Assembly: GCF_000400465.1 (NCBI RefSeq)
Contig: NW_008806301.1
Span: 42,065-74,064 of the forward strand
Source: Wallemia ichthyophaga EXF-994
Lineage: Eukaryota > Fungi > Basidiomycota
DNA: 32,000 nt
Reading direction: 5' to 3'
How positions within the stretch are numbered: position 1 is the first letter of the stretch; each line of letters starts with the position of its first letter. Shown here piece after piece: positions 1-9,780 of this stretch. A program made the translations under genes and the position numbers. The notes beneath the pieces are model-generated. The model ran no database searches. It worked only from the letters and a program-made list of their open reading frames with translations, and was not told where the DNA came from.

Positions 1-2322
1 GTCTCACCTAGCTCACCGTCCTCACTCTCACTAGCATCACCACTCACTTCAGTGGTCAACACCTCATCTACCCCTAGACTTCCAACTAACCCAGCAACCC
101 ACTGTCCTGCCTCTGTTTCATCTGTTTCACCTTTCTCATCACCCTCTTCCTCTTCTTGTCCCTCCCTCACCCTTCTCATCATGCGCTCCTCATATTGGAG
201 CTTCTTCTGATAATTGTATTCAATTGTCTTGTCAGCTTCTTCCATTATCCACCGCCGCTCCGTTTCTCCAATTGGAAGTATAAATTCCAGATCCATCTTC
301 TTATCAGCATCAACCCCATCGCGTAGGAAATCGTAACATCCCTCAATCCACTCTCCGAAGCTATCGAACAGTGCATCCCCTTTAGAGTGAACATTGTGAA
401 CGAATGAATAGAATTGATTCTGATGGCGTGTAACTAGATCCACAAATATATGCACCGCATTTATTGGATTCGAGTGCTGCTGTTGCTCTTCCTCTACTCT
501 CTCAACCACATCAATCAGGTCTGTTATAAAGGCTTGTAAATCATAAAGCGCATCTGAAATATTAGCTGCTTTATAAACTTGCGCGAGTGGTGTATAAAAT
601 ATCGTTACCATATCTTTTAATAACTCCGCTGTAACTCCTTCAAAAATCATCTCAATCATTTGATGACGCTCTTTAAGCTTCAATTGCAATTTGAGGAGAT
701 GATCTAGTTGGAAGAAGAGTGATGACATGTCTTCATCTTCGTCTGAGTCTTTGTCTATAAAAGAACTGTAACTACGCTGCACCATTCCCAGACTGGCGCT
801 CGATATCTCATCACCTTTCAACACCACGTTTAAAACATGCGTCTCGAGCTTATCGGCTTCCTCCTTGCAATAATTATGCACCTCAAATGGAGATGCAACA
901 AAGTGCGCAATCTTGCTTATTATTTCTTGGTTCTGTATCCTCTCCTTAACAAGATCGACATCATCCTCCAACTGCTTAATTTCTTCGTAGATAGAAGCAG
1001 AGAACATCCTATAGATGTGTGAGCTATTAAAACCCAAAAAAATACCAAACAAACCTCTGTAATACACTCTTTTGTCCGAATGGCTGCGCAAGAAACAAAT
1101 CAATTACACCCCTAACCATTGCCATCGGGTTGCTAATCTTGAGTATACCCCTCAACACAAAATACGGCATGAGACTGTGAATACTTTTCAATCCGCTGAA
1201 GGTCTCAGAAGATGTATCACTACTGATAAATGTCGAGTAAAGTGTAGACGCGAATGATATTTTAGCCCATTCGACCACCTTTGAGTATTGTGATGGAAGG
1301 GTTTCAATGGTTTGATTATCCTTAATCAGACTAAACATTCTCTTGAAGCCATTCTTGGATGATATATCCGATTTAAACTGCTTGACACTCTCCATAACCT
1401 CAGCTGCACGCTCATCCATTTCCCTCTTGAATGAATTTTTGCTTTCCACTTTCATAGCATCATGTGCCAGTCTCTTGTGAATATCTTTAATTTCCTCATC
1501 AGACAGCGCTGTGGGGTTGGAGAGGAGGAAAGATTGAAGAGTGGTGGAGTTGGCAATTGCAGATGACAAATTGAGTAAATCCTTCAAATAGGCTCTTAAA
1601 GTCAATCTATTCTTTTCTCTGAACAGTGTAGAGTTTGAGGATTTGTCTTTCTGGGGTGGAGAAGGGATATCATCGTCGGTGAACTCCAATCTGAGTTGAT
1701 TAGACAGAGCCATGAAATCGTTGTAGGATCTCGCAACATATATATCCTCAGATCGAGCCTGATTCGTCAGCTTTGAATGTATTATAAATTCGTCGTCGTG
1801 TTTGTGATGTAATAGGGATTTCTTTTGATGTGCTCTGATAGTGACGATGTTTATATGCAATTTGTGTGTGTTAGTGGAGTGCTTGCGCGTATACTGCTTC
1901 AGATCGTTAACATTTACCCTGATGACGTCTTCATCCTGCACCATCTTGAAACCGCTCGATAGGAGAATGGTCATGTGCTTCTGTAGCTTGATAATTAGGG
2001 CTTTTCTCTTTGTGAGCTCATCCTGGTCAATTGATGATGACAAGTTTCGCGATAAGAAATCGTTTACGAACACCTGGAGCTTATCAGACCAGAAAGAGGG
2101 CGGCGAGGAAGTGAGAAGAGGGAAAGTGATGATAAATCTATTGAAGATGTATTTGAGCAGAGGTATTGAAGTCGGGGATGGATTCACTGGCTGCGAGAAT
2201 GGATTACCAAGCAAAGAGAGTCCATCGGGCTTAGATAGCTGATCCATCTCATTCTCCAATTCCCTGCCAATGAGATATTTCTTGATATAGTGGCATCTCA
2301 ACGGATTTAAGTCCACGTCCAT
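1..2322 (-). CDS. PX-domain / DUF3818 protein (yeast YPR097W/Lec1-like), 3' end runs off the window
   Basis: ATG at 2322 (MDVDLNPLRCHYIKKYLI). PX-like segment (YVARSYNDFMALSNQL...REKNRLTLRAYL). A 46-nt intron at 1009-1054 gives ...SVLQR|MFSASIYEEIK..., and the frame stays open from 1008 to base 1 (ELLKDMVTIFYTPLAQVYKAANISDAL, typical of the family as I recall it). Confidence 0.85.
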
Positions 2323-2329
2323 CACCGTT

Positions 2330-3133
2330 ATGGAGAAGATGTGCTTAATCGGATTGCTGTGGTGTTTATTAACATCAATTATTTATTTATCTTCGGTTTA
2401 CTTTACAGGGAATTCAAGAGGGGATAGAAATTCAACCAACGTTATTAAATCTCGTCTACAAAATGTTATGGCGTCAACGGTGATCGATTTAACTTTGGTT
2501 GTGGCTTTGTACTTGAGAAGCGGCTATAGCTTTACAGACACGCTCAATCTACTCGGTCTCACTCATTTACAAGTAAAATCCATCGCACTTACTCCACTGC
2601 TTTACTTGGGATACATTTCTCAAGTAATTTTAACTCACTCTCTTCTCTCTGAATCTCTTGACATTTTCTTCCTCAGAAATTTCATCATTGCTCCCATCAC
2701 AGAGGAAGTCTGCTATCGATTGTGTATAGTGTCTTTGCTCAGGTTGTATACCCACCCACATTCAAACATCTCCATCGTTCTCTTTTCTCCATTCTTCTTT
2801 GGTCTCTCTCACGTACATCACGGTGTTGTTTCTTATCTACAACACAAATCTCTCTCAAAATCCATCTTAACCACATCCTTCCAATTCGCCTATACCTCTC
2901 TTTTCGGCTCATTTGCTGCATTTGTTTATCTCAGAACTGGTTCTATTTACCCTTGCATCATATCTCATTCTCTCTGCAATTTCCTTGGATTGCCAATGAT
3001 CAACGAAATTACGCACCTCGATAGCAAATTAAGCAAGACAATTATCTCATCCATATACTTGATCGGAATCTTTCTATTCATGTACCTCCTTTGGCCTTTG
3101 ACTAGCTCAACTAACTCTTTTTGGATCCAGTGA
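2330..3133 (+). CDS. RCE1: CAAX prenyl protease 2 (Rce1, CPBP/Abi family)
   Basis: Intronless 267-aa hydrophobic ORF with catalytic motifs APITEEVCYR, FFGLSHVHH and HSLCNFLGLP. Confidence 0.93.
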   Translation: MEKMCLIGLLWCLLTSIIYLSSVYFTGNSRGDRNSTNVIKSRLQNVMASTVIDLTLVVALYLRSGYSFTDTLNLLGLTHLQVKSIALTPLLYLGYISQVILTHSLLSESLDIFFLRNFIIAPITEEVCYRLCIVSLLRLYTHPHSNISIVLFSPFFFGLSHVHHGVVSYLQHKSLSKSILTTSFQFAYTSLFGSFAAFVYLRTGSIYPCIISHSLCNFLGLPMINEITHLDSKLSKTIISSIYLIGIFLFMYLLWPLTSSTNSFWIQ

Positions 3134-3472
3134 TTAGATTTTTTTTGCTGTACAAAACTTAGACTGAACGTCTGAATATATCATATTCTCCGGACAGAGG
3201 AACGCTTGTGCTGTTGAATGGCTTTAAAGGGGCTTAAAATTTCAGCATATACAGTCTTACTGAACAGCGTTATCTTTGGAAGCAAAAGAGCTGTAATTAG
3301 TTCAGACGTTTTAGATATGTAAAAAAATGCTTTTAAAATGTTATAATGCTGATTTTTGCCTATAGCCAATGAATAATTTTAAGGTGATAATTATTTTAAG
3401 CGGTTTTATTATTACGTTTGTAGAACATGTCAACAATCAATTAGTACAATGGATATCAGCATTGACTAAATA

Positions 3473-3544
3473 TCGGTTATGTGGTAGGGGCTATCCTCCC
3501 AGATTCTCATTCTGGAGACCCGGGTTCGATTCCCGGTAACCGAA
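3473..3544 (+). tRNA. tRNA-Glu(CTC)
   Basis: Acceptor TCGGTTA/TAACCGA; anticodon arm CCAGA-TTCTCAT-TCTGG; T arm CCGGG-TTCGATT-CCCGG; T5 run at 3549-3553. Confidence 0.95.
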
Positions 3545-3548
3545 TAAA

Positions 3549-3553
3549 TTTTT
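3549..3553 (+). terminator. Pol III T-run terminator of tRNA-Glu
   Basis: TTTTT 4 nt after the discriminator base. Confidence 0.75.
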
Positions 3554-5255
3554 GGATTTGGCTTTTGGGCTCAGGCATTTTTCAAATGAAACCTGCGAAG
3601 GTTTCTCAGATTAAGGGATACAAAAAATTTCCATCACTCACTTAAGTCTAGTAGAACTTTTCGGATTTATTGCTTTTTTTTGGGAGGGTGATTTATTTGC
3701 TTTTCTCTTTGCTTTTCTGAACTTTGACGAGGTAGTTGTATAACTATCACGTCCTGACTTATTTTTCAAGCAGCTTTTCTCAAAGTATGAATGCTTAAGC
3801 AATTCTTTTCTTTCATCAGTCCTAATGTTGTACTTCCAATCTTAAATTTGTTCTTTATTGTAAAGTTGTTTGTGTTACTTTTCTTATCGTCTCAAAAGGT
3901 TTGCTCATATTATTGAGTCTCTTGGATATTTTTCCTCAGTAAAAGGTCGGGTTTTCACGACCATTTCTTTTAAATGTAAGTCCTGTACTTTATATGACAG
4001 CATACCAAGACCTTTACTACCCAGTGCTACTTGATCTTTTTCTGTTTGGGATAGCAAGCAGCACGAGCTTTGGCTGCTTTCTTCTCAGTCCGTTCGTTAT
4101 TTTTCATTTTTACTTTTGGTTTTGGTTTTTGTAAAATATCTCAAATTCAGTACGATTCATTTTCACAGTAAGTCATTTTTAATTTTAATCCTATATATGC
4201 GTCATTCCCCAAAAATCTAAGTCTTTGTCGCACATAGCCTTCAAGATCACCCTCAAGTAAAAATTGTTTGTTGACATCTGAAGACATTGTAGAAAAATTG
4301 CGTTGCCCTACAGAGCTGCATTTCCCTTAAATTTCTTTTGGTGCTCAAGCGGCTAGGTCTGATATACATCGAATGAATTCACTGCAAAAATATTGACATT
4401 AGGAACGTTAATAGTTATACTAACAATTTTAGAAGCTAAAAAATTATTTTAAATCGATCGCTATTACCGCTGCTGCTTCTTATCAGTCTGGCATCGTTTG
4501 TATTAGGTCTCTCACTCAGAGCAGCGAAACTACACTTAACGTTATGGCAGATAGTATTGAAGTGTAGAGGAATTTACCAAGAAAAAAAAAGTTTTCCAAT
4601 CCCTGGTCGTAGAGTTGAAAGTAAACATTCAAAGAGATATGTGCATTTATAAATAATTTGAAATAAATTGACAAAAAAGTCCTTGCTTAGCATTCTATTT
4701 TTTGTTATTGCCGAACACTTACTATGAAAGCGAAACATATCAACAATAACATAATCATATGTACAAAAACATTTTGTCGATAAATCCAACCTTCGAAAAT
4801 CTACTGACACTAATTATCTCGTATTTTCTAAATTTTTTAGAGTTAAGTGTTGAGTTGATATTATCAAAGTAAAAAATTGGCAACATGTAAATTTAAAAAT
4901 TCCATAGTGATACTTAGCTCGAATGAGAGCCATAGGAGTCCTATTGATGATGATGATGAAATATGAATATATTTTTAAGACGATACATGTTTAATCTGCG
5001 TCCATCAATACTTTTTAAAGCATGAGGATTCAAATGGGGTGCTGAATTTACTGGTAGCGTTTCTTGACTAGCGTCGTAGTTTGTAATTTGTTGAAGGTTC
5101 TCAATTACCCTGAACCACCGGAGTATCTTTGGTAAGTAGTCAATTGCGGATTAAACAAATCATAAAGGGCTTATCATACGAGTCCTTAGTTGTTGTGATT
5201 TTCTGCGAAAATTTGTTTAAAAGATATAAATTATTTATAAAAAAGTTTCGATATC

Positions 5256-5336
5256 GGTTCGATGGTCTAGGGGTATGATTCTCGCTTTGGGACACCAATT
5301 TGCGAGAGGTCCAGGGTTCAAATCCCTGTCGAACCC
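5256..5336 (+). tRNA. tRNA-Pro(TGG) with 9-nt intron (5292-5300)
   Basis: Acceptor GGTTCGA/TCGAACC; D arm TGGTCTAGGGGTATGA; anticodon arm CTCGC-TTTGGG-[ACACCAATT]-T-GCGAG with the intron at the canonical 37/38 position; T arm CAGGG-TTCAAAT-CCCTG. Confidence 0.95.
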
Positions 5337-5343
5337 TTTTTTT
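5337..5343 (+). terminator. Pol III T-run terminator of tRNA-Pro
   Basis: T7 immediately after the tRNA. Confidence 0.8.
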
Positions 5344-5347
5344 CCTT

Positions 5348-5563
5348 TTACAATCTTAAAAGATCATAATTCCTGTCAATTATGTTGATGGTGCAGCTGA
5401 TGAGACCGCTCGATTTCAGAGAGCTCGAAATTAAACTGTTCGTGTTGTTTGCTGTCTGTATGACTCCACAATGTCCGGAGTTCGAGAGCGCGGAGGAGCG
5501 TTGAAGATACAAAAAGGAAAAAAAAAGAAAAACAGCTTTATTCAGAAACAAAGATTGCTTCAT
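5348..5563 (-). CDS. Possible 71-aa small secreted peptide (doubtful)
   Basis: From ATG 5563: MKQSLFLNKAVFLFFSFLYLQRSSA|LSNSGHCG...SCTINII. The signal-like N-terminus is partly encoded by a T-rich tract, so it may be spurious. Confidence 0.2.
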   Translation of the reverse strand: MKQSLFLNKAVFLFFSFLYLQRSSALSNSGHCGVIQTANNTNSLISSSLKSSGLISCTINIIDRNYDLLRL

Positions 5564-5858
5564 GATGCATAATTTGCTCAAAAATATTAGTTCGACTATT
5601 AGCAAAATATTTCTTTTTAATGTCCTATGTATTAGAATTAAATGTAGATATTATACAGCAATGAAATGAATATGTGTGAAAGAGTGAGGGCACAAGCCAA
5701 GCAAACACCGTCGCTCAAACGAGTCCCCCCCCTCCCCCAATCAAAGAATGATGGCACCAAACATGGCCGAAACAATGGTCAAACCAAAGAATCTATATGG
5801 TAAATTTGACGAGGAAAGAGCGCCAGAAGAGTTATTCTCTTCAAGTACAGCGACGCTG

Positions 5859-6854
5859 TTAGAAGGTCAATAGAAGTACTACTGAAAACACTAAACAAAC
5901 CCACCTTGGATCAACAGATGGTGACTCCTTGATAGCTGGATTAGACTTGGTCGGTACAGCATTGGAGTCAACGGTTTTGCCGTCCTGAAATGGTGTGACT
6001 TGTGCTTTGCCCTCTCCTGTCTTCGTTGGTTCTCTGTAGTCATCCTGGTAGGTTGAAGTTTTTCCAGTGCCTTCAAAGCTACCTTTCTCCTTCTGTGTGC
6101 CGTCAATCATTGAGATGATGTTTGCACATGCAATCCGTGTGTTAGATTCATCCGTGATCACCACAGAGCGGCCGAGAAGAGAGAACGGTTGAGGGAAGAA
6201 CCTGAGGTATTCATCTCTAAATTCCTCTTTGCATGAGCCATGGCTGTGCATTTTGAGCTGGCCATGTTTGCCTGACAGGTCACCTTCTTTGCAGTACTCT
6301 GGTTTCTTCTCGTCGCAGATTACGTTCTCTGGAATACCAACTGGGTTGACTAGAGAGGCGTTAGATTCGGTGGTATCTAAGCATTTCTACCCACGGATAT
6401 CTCCTGCACTGTTGCAATCGCCATCATCTATCCGCTGCACGTTGACGGAATAATTGTATCTCTTGTGCTCTTCCAAACCCTCATTTATATCAATCTCAAC
6501 GACTGTGGGCTCTTTCCAGTTACCTTTAATCTTCACATTACCCTTGATATTGTCTGTAAATTGTGCGTGTGCGATTTGATGTATGTTCTTCCAATCGATG
6601 TTGTTTGGATCGTCTGGTGTTGCTTTTTCATCGCCGCTGCTGCTTGCAGTTACCATGTCTGACTTGTCAAAGTTGCTATTGGTGTCTTTTAATTGTTGCG
6701 TTGTGTCTTGCTGTTTCGGTTGATTACCGCCGTTGAATGCATTAATCGCGCTGCTGATAGAACCATTCATGTCTCCAAGCTGTCTGGAGTTGATGGCAGC
6801 TGCTGATACTGCTGCTGAAATAAGTGAGAGTGCTGCGATCCTGTTCAGTAACAT
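5859..6854 (-). CDS. Secreted, probably GPI-anchored Cu/Zn-SOD-fold protein (Cu-only SOD/Sod5-like) lacking the Cu-ligand histidines
   Basis: Signal peptide MLLNRIAALSLISAAVSA. A 45-nt intron at 6350-6394 gives DCNSAGDI|LNPVG. Motifs CKEGDLSGKHG, SLLGRSVVIT and TRIACANI; hydrophobic C-terminus WVCLVFSVVLLLTF. Confidence 0.88.
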
Positions 6855-6940
6855 TTTTGATGTGAAAAATCCTGATTCCTGGTGAGTGTTGTAGTAAGTT
6901 GATGCGCTTGCTAATGAAGAAAGAGAGTAATTCAGTCTCC

Positions 6941-6948
6941 CTTTTATA
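6941..6948 (-). promoter_or_regulatory. TATA box of SOD-like gene
   Basis: TATAAAAG on the minus strand about 90 nt upstream of ATG 6854. Confidence 0.6.
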
Positions 6949-7013
6949 TTCCTCAATATCATTCCATTTCTTCCCCTTCCTCCGCCTACACAAACGCGAC
7001 ATGCCTACCGGAT

Positions 7014-7076
7014 TGTCTGGAATGTCTGGAATGTCTGGAATGTCTGGAATGTCTGGAAGATCTTGAAGATCTGGAA
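7014..7076. repeat. 9-bp minisatellite, 7 units
   Basis: (TGTCTGGAA)x5 followed by GATCTTGAA and GATCTGGAA. Confidence 0.95.
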
Positions 7077-7252
7077 TGCAATGAAGATATAAAGTAATAT
7101 TAACATTTATACAATTTTGAATGAGCAGAATCTCAAGAAAATGCTGCTGGATTTATGCTACTTTCATTATAACAAGATTTTTAAGAATGCTGATCATGAT
7201 TGGTTCTAAGAAATGCGTGAATGCCATTGTCGTTGCCGAGTTCATATGCTTA

Positions 7253-9145
7253 TTATGCGAGCGAGGGAATTGTGATGTGATATGACCACCTGTCTTCCAT
7301 GTGACCCTGTAGAGTGTCTTCCAGCAAAATGTTTTGTCTTGACTTGACGTAATTAGTAGCATTTTGCATCTGCGAGCGTAATTCAGGTATTGTCTCGACG
7401 TCCAGTGGCTTTTCTAGTAGTTCTGAGAGGTTCTCTACAGCCTTCTCGAGATCTGCTTGATTGTCCTCGAACAGTTCCGTCATCGAGTTACGGTCCAAGT
7501 AGTAAGCCATTGCGTATGTCCACTTGAGAGTCATGCGACACTTGGTCACTGTCTCAACTGCCTTTTTAACAAATTGTACTTCAATCCAGGTCAATGATGT
7601 TGATCTTTGCATTTCATCCATCTTGCGCTCGGTCTTTGCGTAAAGCTCTTGGTCTAAACGGGCTGATTGCTCGTGGTTGGAAAAACGATTGTAGTACTGT
7701 TTAAATTGATTAGTTATTTATGACGTCAATAAAAATAAACTCACATGAAGATATCTCTCCAAAGACACTCTGCTCTTCTGCTGACCGTCACGTGCATCTT
7801 TGCCAGACTTATCCTCAAATCGGTTGCAGTTATAGTAGCTGGTGCCATGCGCGCTCCAGTCACCCATGCATATCCAGCACCATTCATGACGACACTTGCG
7901 ACAAGTCATATGATTACAGCCACCGTTCTTTTCAATCGTGGAGTGACACTATGGGGTACTCTATTAGTAAACGAATGGGATATCAACAACAACCCACCCT
8001 TGGGCACTCCTTTGTGTTGGCGCTGATCCAATTGGCAGTTTCACTGTCATCTTCACACTTTTTCACCCACAACTTGGTGACGCCACATAAAGCTGGTCTA
8101 TGATCACCGCTGAAGCTACAGCCAAAGCAGCTCGCCTGGCCGCATTTGCATACTACTATCGGAATAAGCGATTCAAGATCAGAGCCTCTGACTTGACACT
8201 CGATGACATTTCCGCAATCAGGTCCCGGACAGAAACGCAAACCCCTCCTGTTATCCTCAACGTATGTTTTATTTGCGAGGGTCTGATATCTTTGGAAGAT
8301 ATATTCTGGGACAACTTGGCTGATTACCTGCTCGCTCATGACAGTCTGGATATTGTGAGCCGTGTCGGTTAAGGAACAATATGAGTGCGCACCTGACAGT
8401 CACCCTGCATACATTCTATTTTGCGGCTTTCACCCTGACCGCTAATCTTCTCTTCACAATGCATCTTCCAGCAGTCAGAGCAGAATCTGTGACCGCATGC
8501 GAGAGCGAGTGTCTGGTAGCGAATTAGAAGACACAACAAGTGAACAGACAACGCACCTGAGTCGAGGTATCTTCGGAACCAGTAAAGCAGATTTCGCAAG
8601 TGAAACCCTTGACTCTCTTCAAACGCACTGGGCTATTGGCACGAGAGTCGGACTGGGCAGAGGCCGAAGTACCCGGAGCAAGACCAACTTGCTTGAGAAT
8701 GCGTTCTGGGTCCTCGCTGTAGCGTTCAATGAGTTTCTCCCTATTCCAACCAAAGTGTCGCAAGAGGATAGTGGCATCCTGTCGCTGTTAAGGCGATTAG
8801 CTGTAAATAATAAGCCATAAAGGAGCTTACCTGTAAGCCAAAGATGCTACAGACTTGCTCAGTTTCTGACTGCTGATTTGAGATAATGTCATTGATGTCG
8901 TATACCTTGTAATCAACATCGAATTTGGATTTCTTCGGCTTTACTGGCTCGTTAACGATGAAAGCTTCGTTGTCCTCGATCTCAACGTCGTCGTCTGAGA
9001 AAGCCTCTGAGGGGTTGCTGGATTGATAGTCTGGGATGTTTGAGTGGGGATGGAACGTGGGTCAAAGCGGTGAAATCTCACCTTCGACGATATCAGAGCC
9101 TTCGAATGATGCTGCGTCCATGTAGTTATCGCTGTCGTCGCTCAT
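7253..9145 (-). CDS. ARI1: Ariadne-family RING-IBR-RING E3 ubiquitin ligase
   Basis: Multi-exon gene. Acidic N-terminus (MSDDSDNYMD), LLRHFGWNREKLIERY, RING1 (CEIC...CGHRFCSDCW), IBR (CPGPDC...CKCGQASCFGC), RING2 (NHMTCRKCRHEWCWIC), and Ariadne domain (KCRMTLKWTYAMAYYL...FEDNQADLE). Confidence 0.95.
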
Positions 9146-9668
9146 CTCTCGGTTGTTTTGGTTGCTGCGATGGTGAATGTGGAAGAGATAGCGCGGGATG
9201 GGCGGATACGAGCACAAAGGCGGAAATTTTACGGCGTAGATGGTACAAAGAGTGGCGTATATCTAATAAACATCTGTATTCATTCATTTCACATCGCTCG
9301 ACAAATACGCCGTACCTTGACATCTCACAGAAGCAGTACGAGGTGAAAGCGGGCTAGAAACTTGGAAATCTCATTAAGACAAAAGTATTGCTGCCGCGCA
9401 CAACACAACCACCAAAGGATCTCTCATCTGGCCATGTACTTGGAACCGGCGCCGAATCGCCACCAAAATTACTTGAGTTATTTCATTCACGGCGATTAGC
9501 GGCAGATACGGATACAGGCGATTCCCTCATGTCCCCGCAGTATCTCTCTCGAAAGTTCGAGCCGAAATCTTGCCTGCCTGCTTACTGATCTGCTTGCTTA
9601 CAAACCCGAGGCTTTTACCGAAATATTCTCCTCAGCAACCTTTTCTCTCTCCAACACACATCAACTGA

Positions 9669-9770
9669 GTGAGTCTACATCTTCAAAGCTGCTGTGTAGA
9701 CGAAGACGAATGTTACATCTTTGGCTTAGCAGCTGTCTCTTCATTCAACTCAACTAACCAACCAATTCAG
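9669..9770 (+). other. Probable 5'UTR intron of the OYE gene (102 nt)
   Basis: GTGAGT donor at 9669, CTAAC at 9754-9758, CAG acceptor ending 9770 (a second CAG ends 9777), 10 nt before ATG 9781. Confidence 0.6.
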
Positions 9771-9780
9771 ACTACAGAAT

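Noticed and set aside
3181-3369. 62-aa ORF (also 4574-4810 and 31333-31639)
   Set aside because: Short frames in AT-rich intergenic DNA with no motifs or splice support; expected by chance.
4944-5045. Possible C/D snoRNA (TGATGA ... CTGA)
   Set aside because: TGATGA lies within a GAT trinucleotide run; there is no terminal stem or recognisable rRNA-antisense element.
5391-5461. Hammerhead-ribozyme-like core: CTGATGA (5397-5403), partial stem, CGAAA (5426-5430)
   Set aside because: Stem II needs a bulge. No register gives both stem I and stem III with a valid NUH: the 6-bp stem I register puts G at position 16.1, and the GTC register leaves stem I unpaired. An Infernal search would settle it.
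7014-7076. CRISPR-like array
   Set aside because: Contiguous 9-bp units with no spacers, in a eukaryotic genome; it is a minisatellite.
8100-9588. Plus-strand ORFs (8100-8372, 8497-8820, 9040-9357, 9388-9588) and similar antisense ORFs elsewhere in the track
   Set aside because: Shadow frames opposite well-supported genes or in promoter DNA, often with non-ATG starts and no recognisable motifs.
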